A stretch of 64,000 bases of DNA. It comes from Octopus sinensis. Taxonomy: Eukaryota. This document shows positions 40,791 to 54,219 of the stretch, piece by piece (within the stretch, counting starts at the first letter, position 1; every line of letters starts with the position of its first letter). Both the position numbers and the translations under genes were made by a program. The notes beneath the pieces are model-generated. The model saw only the letters and a list, made by a program, of their open reading frames with translations. It was not told the DNA's origin and searched no databases. The stretch is from contig NC_043000.1 of assembly GCF_006345805.1 (NCBI RefSeq), forward strand, positions 45,012,001 through 45,076,000, read 5' to 3'.

Positions 40791-42614
40791 GTCATTTGTC
40801 ATGAGTATTGTCATTTGTCATGAGTATTGTCATTTAGCAAATCCTTGTCATTTGTCAAGATCATTGTTATCCATTTTTTACACACATACACATACGCTTA
40901 AGTAAACTAGCAACAGTTATTAAGCCTTGACTGATATAAGCAAAAACAAAGATACACAAATACACACCATGAACACCTCCTGCAGACACACACACTTTTG
41001 ACAGACTTCTGAATAGTTTTTGTCTAGTGAACTCATTCACAAGTTGGACCAGGTTTAGAATAAAAGACAAACTTGCCCAAGGTGGCTGTGTTGCACAGAA
41101 TCCAAAACCACATAGTTGCAAGTGAACCTCTTGACCAAATAGCCGTTTTCTTTTCTTTGATTGAAATACAATATAATTATGTCATTAAGAACAGTGTTTT
41201 CAAACTCAGCAGTTCCAATTAAAATATGTTTTAGAGTAAAATTACACATGCTAGAACAAGCTAATGTATGGCATGTCATTGAGGATGGAATTCTCTAGAC
41301 AGTTACTCAAATGGCCAGAAATGGAGGCTAAATTTCTACCACAAGAGACACTATATTATCCTACAAAAGGAAGGATATACTGGATAATGCAGTTCTGAAA
41401 ATAAAAATTCTAAATAAAATCAATGAAAGAGCTTGTCATTGCTGGAATAACTTTTATCATAGGTCTGTTTGATCAGTTTTAAACCAGAGCCAAGCACAAC
41501 AGCAGTTTTAAGAATTGTATATCTTTAACAATACCATAATGGAAGACACTCAGTGAAAAGACATTGTGAAAATAAACTACAGAACACTCCAATTACAATG
41601 AGTCTCTAATAACATAAATTCCAGCATATTCCAGAATCGGCAAAATATATAAACTGGAGGCGATGTGATTAGTTTAAATCCTTTAGACATACACTGTAGC
41701 ATTAATCTAATCAATGCAATATTTTATACAAAATTTTCAAGAAGCATATTCTATTTAAATTCTTACATGCAGAGGAAACTATAGATTTTCCAAAAATTGA
41801 AAGTGAATTTTAATTACTTTAGTTGTTGGTTAGAATATAAAAAAAAAGGAAAATAACAAATTTTCTGTGGTTTCAGAAGTGAAATGTTTCCTCATTAAAG
41901 AATATGCGTTCGTTGATAATTTATTTTTTACATCCTTTAATAAAATATAGTTATACTTGTGTAAACACACTCACCCTGACAAGCAGATATATTCACGTAC
42001 ATAGAGAAACTCACGTGCTGGTACATTCATGCTCACACATGCTTGTACACAAGTGCACACATTTACATGCATACAAATATACGCAGGTATACAAACATTC
42101 ATACATACATACCATGAACTTATTTTTCAGCTTCAGTTACGAAATTCCCTCACAAGGTTTTGGTCGGGGACAGTGGCAGAAAATGCTTCACCAAGTTTCA
42201 TGCAGGGAAACTGAATCCATATCAATGTGGTCGGGAATCAAACTTAATTTATCATGTTATCTGATCAGATGGACATGCCCTACGCACACACTATACTTTA
42301 AATCATGGAGAGTTGAGCTAAATTGTGATTAACATATATATCATGTAACCCTTACGAAATGTCTTCAGTTCTACTTTCTTCAATTATTCACACATCCGTT
42401 TACATTTATATACAATAAACATATTGACCGTAATTGTGTCAGGAGGCATCCAGCTTAATGATTTAGAGCTCTCAACTGGTACCAGAGGGATATGAGGTTC
42501 GATTAGTCGTAGGAACCAGGTGGAAAGTTTTTCCGTCTTTTAAGGGGTGGCGGGTAAACACATAGTTTTTCTCTGCAGTCTTCTCAGCTATACTGCGTTC
42601 GAAATTTACTTTCT

Positions 42615-42711
<97 letters not shown>

Positions 42712-42732
42712 ATGGAAACGGAGAGGAGATTT

Positions 42733-42820
42733 TGCTACACACGTTTCCATAGTATAGCTAGTTCTATGCTCATAAATGTATTATGATAAGAATTAAACAA
42801 GCAGACGAATTCGTCAGGCA
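42733..42820 (-). ncRNA. Possible decayed hammerhead motif
   Basis: TGC-CTGACGA...GAAAC-GTGT-GTA-GCA; stems I and III are plausible but stem II does not close. Confidence 0.3.
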
Positions 42821-42990
42821 CTTTGAAAGCTAACAGGTTAAAGTGATCTGTGTAGATTTCAATTAGAATTCCAAGAGAATTATTTGAAAATGTCTGACAT
42901 TTTTCAAATATTTTTTCTTAGAATTCTAACTGAAATTTTCGCACAGAAACTTTACCTCTCTACCGTTCAAAATGCTTGAAGAAATGGTTG

Positions 42991-43504
42991 TGTATGAAAA
43001 TATATTTCTTAGCTGCACGAAGAATAACTGAACATATAACAGAAAAATTTATTGTCGCACATAAAGATAAACTGCATTGGCCTTTACCATTTATAGAAAT
43101 AATTACAGATTGGGAGGGAGATACTGCTCTGAGATTACAGAAAGCTATTGTAACAGCTACACGCGGTTTGCCCAACATATCTAAAAACAGTTGTGCTATT
43201 TTCGTGACGATGGAGGTTCTAGGTCCTGTATCTGAGTCTTCTGTCTTGGCCGTCTTCGTGAAAAGTTTATTTAGACAGTCTACTAGCATCAAAGATAGCG
43301 TATATAACTCATCCCCATTTCAGCTCTCTGCTATTAATTACCTCCAAACGGGGCCTTTTTATAGAATACAAGAAGAAAATTCCAGAAGATTAAACCTCGT
43401 GACAGCTTCATGCTGATTGGCTCCTTAATAGGTCGATCACATGAAACTATTGTGGTTGGGTCGTGATGACTGACCGGTTACTTATCTGTCGAATCACCGC
43501 TACA
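42991..43504 (-). mobile_element. LTR-like sequence (copy 1)
   Basis: On the minus strand: TGTAGCGG...CATACA termini, CCAAT box (43416-43420), TATAAAAAGG (43354-43363), AATAAA (43048-43053) and upstream purine tract GGGGAAG; homologous to 45421-45917. Confidence 0.65.
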
Positions 43505-44320
43505 GCAGTCTTCCCCAAACTTATTAGGGAATGGAAAAGAGTGGAACAGTAAAAAGAAAATCTGCAAGAAAAAAGAGAGTAGTGCACATATACTTGAGAG
43601 AGGACTAAAATTTAAATCTAACTGGAAATATTGAAATACAAAATACAAAAGTAAAAAGGCATGTAACAAAGTGAAGACAAATAACCATTGTTCATAAATA
43701 GAGTTCATATATGCAAAATTGTATTAAAATGTGAAGCACGTGCAAATAGAGAAAATGACTTTTAAAGATGCAATTTATCAGAACATTGAGTAACAGAAAT
43801 GCATAGATGGTGTATAGTCGCATAGAAATATGGGACCCCATGTAATATGCATGCGTATGTGAAACTGATTGCAATGAAGCCTGCAGAAAAAATTTGGTAA
43901 CTTTGGACATGTCTGCTGCAAATATATAAAAGTGGTTTTGAAGGAATGGCGTTTGCCGCTAGGGCAAAATATTTTTAAAATTTTTAATAAAAACAAAATG
44001 CAAAGTAGTCATACAAACATGCACAAAAAATGTTCTTGAGAGTCTCTTTTGTGAAGTCATATATGCAAAGCAGTTTAGCTGCAATTCGTTGTGTTGCTGG
44101 TTTCTTTTGAGCCAAGAAATACGCCTGTCGTTCATGCAAGCTGCTATTTCTGTTGAAAAAATTTTCAGCGCCCTTGATATGCCATATACTCGCAATAAAT
44201 TGTGAAATATAATCAACGTGTTCGCTGAGTCTTGGGTAGTGTTAATCCGTGTTGGATTATATCGAGTTAGTTATTGTTTGGAGATTGACATACATGGTGA
44301 AAGGGCTTTCTAGGAATGAT

Positions 44321-44643
44321 TAAAACGATAAACGTCGCCCTTTTCAAGCCTAGCCAGACTCATGGGCCCGGTTTCCTGGTTTCTGTGGCGTATGTGTTCC
44401 CCCCAGCTGGACGGGACGCCAGTCCATCGCAGCTTTACTCAAGAAACAGGAAGAGAGAGTGGGAGAAAGTTGTGGCGAAAGAGTACAACAGGAGTCGCCA
44501 CCACCCCTTGCCGTAGCCTCGTGGACCTCTTTTTAGGTGTTTTCGCCCAATAAACACACACAACGCCCGATCTGGGAATCGAAACCGCTCACCTCCGACC
44601 GCGAGTCCACTGCCCTAACCACTGGGCCATTGCGCCTCCACTC
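44321..44643 (-). mobile_element. SINE family C with 11-bp TSD and alternative tail
   Basis: TSD CTAGGAATGAT at 44310-44320 and 44644-44654. Confidence 0.93.
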
Positions 44644-44989
44644 CTAGGAATGATACAAGTGCATTATTGACAAAAGAAAGCTGCCGATTTCCCCCAATTA
44701 AGCAGCTAAGTTTTAAGAACCTAGTTGAACACAGTGAATGAAGGATTTGTTGAAGTGCTTCGGTCATGAGTGTTTGAGCACACAAAATAATGAGACAAGT
44801 GCTATTGCACGTATCAGGAGCTGAATTTTGTCTTCAGTCATTTTACGGATATTTGACAATTCAGGGGAATTCTAAGACAAGAAAGTGAGAAGATAAGCTT
44901 CTTTTTACCAGAAGTATTTGAATAAGAAATATCCATAATATATGTAGTTGCCATTTCTTTTAAGCACAAATTAGTTGGAACCACGAAAA

Positions 44990-45917
44990 TAAGAGATTAA
45001 GAAGAGATTAAATGCTGGCCGTTACAGTGAACTCCGGAAGGTTCTGGATCCGGAATCACATATTCAAGAGAAGCGATATTCTTCTATAATGAATGTTAGA
45101 TTTGACTGCTTTTGCGAACAAAACAGAAGATGCGTCTGAGCTAACAGTGTTCTCAACGTCATACCTTGCAGAGGTAGGCGTTGCAGTAAGAATTGTATGT
45201 CGGACGGCATCTGCTCCTCGGATCTTTTTCTCGTCGTTGCGATATTCGTGATGAGTTGACAATCACGTGCTCAATGAATCGGGTCTATGATGACGGTTTT
45301 TGCTGTCTATTTCTGAGTCGAATATCACCAAACGATGAGAAGATGAATTTCAGGTGTCACCAATATCACGAGTGCAATAAGGTGTTCTGTGGTTGCTGAT
45401 AAGGTAGCTGGATGAGTTAATGAATGAAAATCTTTTTCTCGGGCTGCTTGAAAAATTAACTGAACAACACCCGCGAATATACAACAAAAGATTTTATAGT
45501 TGCACATAAAGATAGACTGCATTGGCCTTTTACAGTTAACAACAGCAATAATTACAGACTGGGAGAGAGATACTGCTCTGAGATTACAGAAAACAGTTGT
45601 GCTATCCCCATGGAGATGAAGGTTCTAGGTCAACTATCTGAGCCGTCTACGCCTTGGCTATCTGCTCTGTCGGCTGCCTGGGACGTCTGCTGGGAAGAAT
45701 GGAGGTGCATATCTCTCAGCTGCCTTTCAACACTACGATTAATTACCACCAAAAGCGTTTTTATTTTATAGCGTACAAGAAGATTCTAGAAGATTAAATT
45801 CTGCAACAGCGTCTCGCTGATTGTTTGCATAATAGACCGATCACATGAAACTTTTGTGGTTGGGCCTTGGTGACTGACCGGTTATCTAGGCTTTAGGATT
45901 CGAATCACTGCTATACA
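44990..45917 (-). mobile_element. LTR-like copy 2 with PBS-like motif and possible gag start (Gypsy-like)
   Basis: Homologous to 42991-43504; TGGTGACACC at 45353-45362; weak IQNLPEF gag-like peptide near 45040. Confidence 0.5.
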
Positions 45918-48019
45918 TATCTAAATTTCTGTTTATTTATAATAAATTTCTGTTTATTTTAACACTTTTGTGAACTTTCGGAATGCCACAAAGAAGGCTT
46001 GATTTGTATTCAAAAATAGTAATATAGTTATATATAGTTATGTTCTTTTGTCAGTTAGTAATTTTCGGTATACGTTTATTAATATTACAAGGTTTCTCAT
46101 TATATTCTATTGATTACACGTTTCAGTCTTATATGTATGTATTGTCTTGTAATATTGATAACACAATTTTTATGTTGTATTATGTAGCCATCAAGACTAT
46201 TGCATTTCCATTATTGGCCTCTTCAATGTTATTTCTTTATAAAATTTTCGTTTGTTCATGTTATCATATTTTTGAAGTGTGATTTGAGTTGTTGTGTGTA
46301 CCTGTGTTCATACGGAAAATTTTAAATATACTCACAGAAGCCATCAAAAGGTTTGTTCCAACCTTTTGGAGAAGGAGAGTTACTGCTGTTTCTTGCTAGC
46401 ATGTTTATTTTATTTTTGTTTATATGTTGTTTTTTTTATAGTTCCCTTCTTTTTTCCTGTGTCGTAATTTTCTGCAGAATTCTGAAATGTTGCCTTTCAT
46501 TTCTTTGTAATTAGATTTCAAGGGCCCGATCCTCGAAAATATCTTAAAACTCGGGGGAAAAAAAAGAATGTATAGAAAAAGACAACTGAAATCTCTCCAA
46601 TGTTGGGAAAAAAACGTCGGCTGGTTTGAAAATTACAAAAAGGGACATATTTTCGACAGCCCTTCCAGAAGAAATGGAAGGTAAAATCATATTATAAAAG
46701 TAATTGTACAACGAAGAAGAAAGCTAGATGAGTTTCTATCTGAACAATATGATAAAAGACCAACCTGAAGCTCTGCAAATTACCTCCAAGCCAGAGAACG
46801 TGAGAAAAAGAAATCTCATGAAAATGTGATAAAATAAGAAATATCTACTTTTCTCTCACAATGAGAAACAACCTGCAAACCTCTCTGAAACACGTCAACG
46901 AATCATAAAACTCTAAAATACATTCCAAGAATCCAATCAATACACCAAACCCATACTGTCGAGTGTATGTGTGTGTATATATATGTGTGTGTGTGTATGT
47001 ATATACATATATGCATATTTATATATATAAATATATATATATATATGTGTATATGTATATGTATGTATGTATATGTATATATTGTGGAGTCAGTTCATCA
47101 TGTGAAAATAGCTAGTTATATTAGGTCCCTTTTGATTACATACATTTACAGCTACCTCAAATTTGTCAATCTATCTTTCGTGTTCAATAACATAGGTAGA
47201 ATTATATGCATGCAACAACTAAAACCCTTGAAGGGAAGGTATTAATATTACCACAATTTAATGGTTGAAGCCATTAAAAAATAAAAAACAGATTATTATA
47301 GCCTTATGATTAATGTCTCTTTGCCTTCTTGTGATGACAAATAAATTCAATTTCACTCTACAGCCTATAATTGACCGGTATCATGTGAGTAAGATTTATC
47401 ATGGATGTTGTCCCAGAATCACCACAGATCAGTGACTGAAATAATTAAAACACTGAAAGAATATATGTGTGTATGCATGTGTGTGTGAATGGGTCTGCAT
47501 TTATATTTATTATTTTATGTGTTATGTTTCTAAATGGACGCAACATTTCCATTCCACATAAAGCCTGATAAAATGCATACCAGATTAAAGATGGTATTGA
47601 TATGAATAGCTAAAATGCTGGAAGTTCTACAGTCAAATGATTAACTCTAATCCTATTTGTATTTAGTGTTTATGCAAAAGAAAAGATGTATTAATTCATG
47701 ATTAGATATTTTGATTTGGTGCATTTATTAAAAGGGCATTGAAGAAGTATAAAGAACATGTGTGTATATACATGTGTGCATATATGTGTGAGTGTACAGT
47801 GTGTGTTTTTATGTTTGTCTAAAGAAATAGCTTAAGCTTATGTCGTATCTTATATGGCTTTAGATACATTGAAGAGAAAAGTAAAGATAAAATGTACCGG
47901 ATGAAACAGGTGCTTTAGTCTATTTGATTAACTAAACCCTTGGAGACAGTATCACGGCATTTTACACCAACTGAGGCTAGTAAATGTTCAACTATATTAT
48001 TCATGGCTTATTGTATGAA

Positions 48020-48195
48020 CATCCTCTGGAAGCCATCTACTCGCAATACCAGAGGGCGCACACTCTCCTACCCTGATGTAATCTCCAGGATACAGGCATC
48101 CAGCAACAGGATATAATGCTATGATGGACCGTGAAGTCTGGCGTAACGGTAAATTCCATTGTCTCGACCACGGTCGAACAATGATGATGATGAGC
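48020..48195 (+). mobile_element. RTE LINE 3' terminus with (TGA)n tail
   Basis: LWKPSTRNTRGRTLSYPDVISRDTGIQQQD...AMMDREVWRN then ATGATGATGATGA. Confidence 0.85.
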
Positions 48196-48498
48196 ATCAA
48201 AATCACTACACAATTTTTAAAAAAATAAGTTCCTTGTTCAAACGTCACAATTCATAACATGCAAATTTAAATCATTTTATAAACTAGGAGGCTTATTTTA
48301 TAGACTTGTTTGTTAATGTATTGGAATACACTTTTTCTTGTTTATCATTTACTTTGCATTTAGTAAAAGAGTTGAAATCCATGGTGTAATCTCATATTTA
48401 TTTCTTGCTTTGACAAGATGTTCATGTCGGAGTATACCTAGGTGTTGTATGAAATTGATGATATCTACACTATACACGTTTTGTATTTTTGAGAGGAT

Positions 48499-48906
48499 CT
48501 TTTTTCACTTGTTTCAGTCATTTGACTGCGGCCATGCTGGAGCACCGCCTTTAGTCGAGCAAATCGAACGCAGGACATATTCTTTGGAAGCCTAGTACTT
48601 ATTCTATCGGCCTCTTTTGCCGAATGGCTAAGTTACGGAGACATAAACACACCACTATCTGCTGTCAAGCGATGTTGGGGGGACAAACACAGACACATAA
48701 ACATACACACACACACACACACATACATATACATACATATATATGATGGGCTTCTTTCAGTTTCCGTCTACCAAATCCACTTACAAGGCTTTGGTCGGCC
48801 CGAACCTAAAGTAGAAGACACTTGCCCAAGGTGCCACGCAGTGACACAGAACCCGGAACCATGTTGCTGGTAAGCAAGCTACTTACCACACAGTCATTCC
48901 TGCGCC
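48499..48906 (-). mobile_element. SINE family A
   Basis: Complete reverse-complement copy. Confidence 0.92.
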
Positions 48907-49119
48907 TATACTCCAGATTTACAGTTCTTCAAAACTCTGGCTATTGCAATATCATGCGTTAAATATAAAGAGATAAAATGGACATTTTGTCTCTTTAATT
49001 TGTTATCCAGTTTGTTGAATGGCACAGTCTTCATGGTTAACGTTTGATACCAATCTCCCAAAGATCTTACTGACCTAAGTGAATGCACATGTATGCACGC
49101 ACACACATACACACAGATG

Positions 49120-49657
49120 TAGTGTGAAAGAGAGGAAGACTGTGTTGATACAATCATGAAATGCATATGAGTGAAGACAGTTGTATCAAGAGTCACCAAT
49201 CTCTAATTGTGGAGGGAACAGGTGGAAGGGGTAGACCCTAGAAGATGTGGGACGAAGTAGTGAGGAAGGATCTTCAGACATTGAACCTCAAAGAGAGGAT
49301 CACACCTGGTAGTTTGTTGTGCTTGAGAAGACATGTCAAACAAAGTAAAATTATGTCCGTCCTTGCATACAGGCATGTCCTCCCAGATCCCTCTCCAGTT
49401 GAACATTCCTAATATTGTGGGATAATGGGAGATGGTGCCACATAAAAAGCACCCATACTGATGCCATGTAAATACTGGTTGCTTTGTAAGAGCACGTAAA
49501 GTGGTTGGCATTAGGAAGGGCATCTAGCCATAGAAACCATGACAGAATTAACGTGGGCAGTTCTTCAGTTGGCCAGCTCCTGTCAAACTGTCTAACCCAT
49601 GATGACATGGAAAACAGATGTTAAATGACGAATATGATGATGATGGTGATGATGATG

Positions 49658-49660
<3 letters not shown>
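49120..49660 (+). mobile_element. RTE 3' fragment followed by (GAT)n-tailed retroposon remnant
   Basis: LIVEGTGGRGRP*KMWDEVVRKDLQTL; GTGGTTGGCATTAGGAAGGGCATC...GTTAAATGAC...(ATG)n. Confidence 0.75.
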
Positions 49661-49688
<28 letters not shown>

Positions 49689-49943
49689 TATAAATATATT
49701 TATAAATTTAATAATACCATCAATTTAACACCAAGTGGCTTAGCACATAAAAACCAGGGATACAATACAAATTTATACATAATTTATTTATAAATTTAAT
49801 TATACTGCAGTAAATATTTTATGCAGTATTCGTTTCCAGTGAGTCTTATCACTCTTTTGGCGGGGGAATTTGAATCATCACTACGAATACAATTGATTAA
49901 ACCACACGTGTATTTGACGCTCGTGCGATCTAATAAATTGTAC

Positions 49944-50024
49944 TTAAGACAGCTGAAGATTTATAGATGTTGTGTAAGTACAATTGCATATTACATTAAA
50001 AATGAAACAATTGTTCTGGGTTAA
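49944..50024 (+). ncRNA. Hammerhead-ribozyme-like motif (PLE pLTR type)
   Basis: TTAAGACAG-CTGAAGA(49953-49959)-long stem II-GAAAC(50004-50008)-AATT-GTT-CTGGGTTAA; palindromic stem III ACAATTGT; GUU site. Confidence 0.6.
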
Positions 50025-50231
50025 TCTATTTTTCGTTATATTTCACTTACCTTACGTTAAATGTAGTTTTATTTCTTCTTGGAAACAATTTTACTGGCTA
50101 TACCAGTAACGGGGCTATTTTTAGCACTAGAGTTAACCACAGAGTGGTCACTCTCTCATATATATATATATATATATATCTATATATATATATATCTATA
50201 TATATATATATATAATATATATATATATATC

Positions 50232-50530
50232 ACCGTGACTAACCAGGCTATCAGATGTTGCTACACATCGCTGGTCACAATGCGCTTCGCATTGTTTTAG
50301 CCTTCAAATGGCGCCACCCCGCTGACTAAGTGAGCAGGCCAACAGAAGAAAGAGTGAGAGAAAGTTGTGGCGAAGGAGTACAGCAGGGATCGCCACCACC
50401 CCCTTCCAGAACGTCGTGGAGCTTTAGGTGTTTTCGTTCAATAAACACTCACAATGCCTGGTCAGGGAATTGAAACCGCGATTCTACAACCGTGAGTCCG
50501 CTGCCCTAACCACTGGGCCATTGCACCTCC
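50232..50530 (-). mobile_element. SINE family C with a third tail type
   Basis: Same head and core as 15485 and 44321; tail ...GCGAAGCGCATTGTGACCAGCGATGTGTAGCAACATCTGATAGCCTGG. Confidence 0.9.
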
Positions 50531-50534
50531 AACA

Positions 50535-50575
<41 letters not shown>

Positions 50576-50583
50576 ACACACAC

Positions 50584-50661
<78 letters not shown>

Positions 50662-52934
50662 CCTTCTCTCTACGTAGAAAAGCTATCATACCATTCATTC
50701 TTTGCCAGAAGTTCAGCTACTGCAGAAGTATAAACTTTTGTGTGTACAGCTAGCAGTTCAAGAATGGAACTATGAGATGATTAGAAAAGATTATAGAAAT
50801 AATTCAGATGAATGAGAACAAGAATGTAGCACAAAAGAAATAGAAAAACAAACACGTGGTATCATATTATCTTCAAAAAGTTCTGTGAATTCATTATGAC
50901 AGTTGTTTGGAGGACATTGCCACCATTGCAATATGCATTTGAACTGCGGCATTAATATTCATTACAATTTACTCTGAGATTATAGCTGTCTACATACCGT
51001 GTGTTTAAGAGGCATTGTGTTAAATATAGCAGAGTAAGTTTAGGAACTTTTTGATGTATATGTGTGTATGTGTGCGTATATATTCATATTTGTAAGCATG
51101 TGTGTGCGCGTGCGTGAGTGTGTATGTGTGTTGATGTTTGTTTTCCATACTTCCAAGTATTGGACAGGCTTTTTCAGTATTTTGTCTCACCCCTTGTATT
51201 CCTTTGTTCTCTCCTTCATAAGATCCAACCTCTTGAAATTATGTATCACTATTTCTTTCAAATATAACTTCCTTTGTATGCATCTTCTACAGGTTGCTTC
51301 CACTTGGACTGTTTAGCTCTGCTTCATCAAACTCTCACACTCCATAGGCATTACATGTCCATGCCAATGCAGTCTTCTCTCTTGCACACTATATCTGATT
51401 CCTCCTACACCCAATCTTTCTTATGCCATATTTATTCACTTTGACTCATTCACCCTAATATTATATATCCAGTGGAGCATGCTTGCTTCATTTCTTTTCA
51501 ACCATCATACCAACTCTACGTTTATCTGTCATGCAGCTTTGCACTTCAGACAAAATCTTCATATATAATTCCCTTCAAGTGGGATAAATTCCCTTTGTAA
51601 CCTATAAAAGTTATTAGCTCCATATACAAAAAATTAAGTATTTTCTGTTTATATCAAACCTTGTTGTCTTTTAGTTTTAAATAGATTAAACTATTATTTA
51701 AGTGTTAGAATTAAGAAAAAAAAATCTTTCTGCATTCGCACATAAAGCAGGAAATTGCTTCATAGACTCTATGAAGTATCATTGTTTTATACATTTAACA
51801 AATTGTGTGTTAACTCAAAACCCTTTCATATCAACATGAAAATATTGAGATGAACAAAAGATAAAAGAAAAATATTTTTAAAGGCCTTGTAATTCATAAA
51901 TATCTTTTACAACAAATATGGTTTCAATCAATTAAATTATTACATTCCAATGTGTTGCTTCACTTATTTTTGTTTAACACTCATTTAGGCTCAGATAAGA
52001 ATTAATTAATTAACGTCGGATGAAACCTTTTTTTTTTTTACTTGTTACAAAATATGTGAGTGTTTCAGACAAAACTCACATCAAAAAGTAGCATTTGTCG
52101 TAAGAGAGTTATTGTTTATTGTTATCAGTTCATTTCCATAGCATGTTATTAAGAATGAAAATGGGAATTACTTGTGAATTTGGTTGTTTAACTTTTGTTG
52201 AATATATTACATTTCTTTTAAATCATCACCATATTTTAATAAATCAACAGATTTTGCATTTTTTTGTGTGGGTGATGTTATATATTTTTATTTATTTATT
52301 ATAAACCTTTGCATAATGATTCTGAATTGTCAAAGCTGATTTGAAATATTTTTGTTGAAAACTTAAAGTAGTGTAACTTTTGCAAACATTTCCATAAACA
52401 CTTTAAATCAGGAGCTAGACAGAGAAATTTGAGATTAGGATGAAGGTAAAACTGAAAGGAAAACGAAAGGAAATGCTAAGTGATTATAAAATTCAGTCTT
52501 GCTACTATAAAATATAAAATAATGTCAGATCTGTGAGATTTATATGCATATATATCTATGATTTACACTTGAGAATAATGAAATCGTAAATTGAAATTGT
52601 GGAAGCTAAGGAATTGTGCTTATATATACATACACGTGTGTTTGTGTGTGTGTTTGTCTGTTTGTGATTGTGTGTGTGTGTAAACACACACGTACATAAA
52701 TATATACTTTCCTTTTTTCTGTATTTTCATTGGTTGTTTGTTTATTGGTTAATATGTTTGTTGCTGCTATATTTTTTCTATAAAGAGAGAATAACACAAA
52801 GATAATAAATTTTTAAAGATAACTAATAAACTAACATATATAAATTTAATTTGAAATAAGCCATACACAACACTTATCTAGATAACTAAGTGTCAGAATA
52901 TGTGGAAATAATAGTAAAACAAAACAGGAAAAGA

Positions 52935-53015
52935 TAACAATAATAATAATAATAATAATAACAACAACAACAACAACAATAATAATAATAATAGTAATAA
53001 TAATAATAATAATAA
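52935..53015. repeat. (AAT)n/(AAC)n microsatellite
   Basis: Directly visible. Confidence 0.95.
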
Positions 53016-53589
53016 AACACATAAAGAATTGAGTTTATATTTGAATTAGATTATATACTTCATGTGTTTCATGCTATATCATAAATAGTGACAGTTGTTG
53101 GAGTCAACAAAACACTACGTAGTTGCTTTCTCTCAACTTGCCACTAACATTTATATTTAGAAGTTCATTTTGTTTATTTTTTAACGATTACTTTTCCTTG
53201 ATGCTATTTATTTTTCTAAATATTTTACACCGACAGGTGCAAGCATGTGTGGTTAAGGAATTTGCTTTACAACAACATGGTTCTCAGTTCTTTTTAGAAC
53301 CCTATCAACTACTTCACTTTGAAGGGCAATTCCCTTCTAAAATCACAAGCTTGCTCTGCTCTATCCCCAGACAAAGCATCCACTGACCTGCCTTTGCTGT
53401 CCCTTTTTCTTTATCTTGTATGAAGACTTCACATAATCAAAATTTCCATTACATTTATCTGGAAAACTATTGAATTGGTTTCCAGAGAAATAAATTATAA
53501 AACACAGGAAGAAAAGCTCTGTAAATAACAACGCATAGATTATGTACAATGGACTTACAATCAGGCAGTGAATGGAGAATGAATTCATA

Positions 53590-54219
53590 AGTAACAGATG
53601 AAGAGATGTATGTCTGCCGCCACCGAGCTGCGCTCTGCAGATTCCACAGCCGGTGTGCCTTGGACAAAGCTTTCCTATAGACTGGCTTGAACGAAGCACT
53701 GCCAAGAGCCTTGTCGGCATCTACACTGGCTACCAGTTGAAGGTATGGGCTGAGCACTTCATATGCACTGGCAGGTTGAGGCCCAGGCCGCTGAATTCAT
53801 CAAGGACGATATCAACAGAGATGTACTCAACTTCGTCCACATCCCCAGCTTTGGGATCCACGTCCATGTCCACATCCTCAACGCCCTTCACGTCCACATC
53901 AGCAGCAGCCTCAAGAATGTCTGGCAAGTGTTCAACTTCTGTACCAAACTGCATAAATCCATTGACAAACGTTTTGCCGTTGTTCGTCGTGGCCCTGATC
54001 ACCTTGTCTTGCAGATGGAATTTGCAATGGGTGTCCACCATGGTCTGGGCGAGAACATCAACGGTGTTATGTCATCTGGGCCGATAGCAGGCCAGGACAG
54101 TGTGTTGTCTTTTGCGAGTCTTGGGGTCCTGCCAGTATGTCATCATCCCCAGGTAGGACCTGTTGCGGGTCGACCAGCTGTCCGCGGTGGTCGCCACCCA
54201 GGGGACATCCTTGAGCAAT
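53590..54219 (-). pseudogene. hAT transposase catalytic-domain fragment
   Basis: RLLKDVPWVATTADSWSTRNRSYLGMMTYW...ATTNNGKTFV...HMKCSAHT(F)...VASVDADKAL...FKPVYRKALSKAHRLWNLQ; contains the first catalytic D and the CxxH motif; stop and frameshift present. Confidence 0.9.

Noticed and set aside
40789-40858. CRISPR-like or regulatory array of TTGTCATTTGTCA repeats
   Set aside because: It is a simple 19-bp slippage duplication at the RTE boundary with no unique spacers, in eukaryotic context.
42976-43416. 146-aa ORF that looks protein-like
   Set aside because: It lies antisense to an LTR-like sequence, and the homologous copy at 45421-45917 does not keep the frame.
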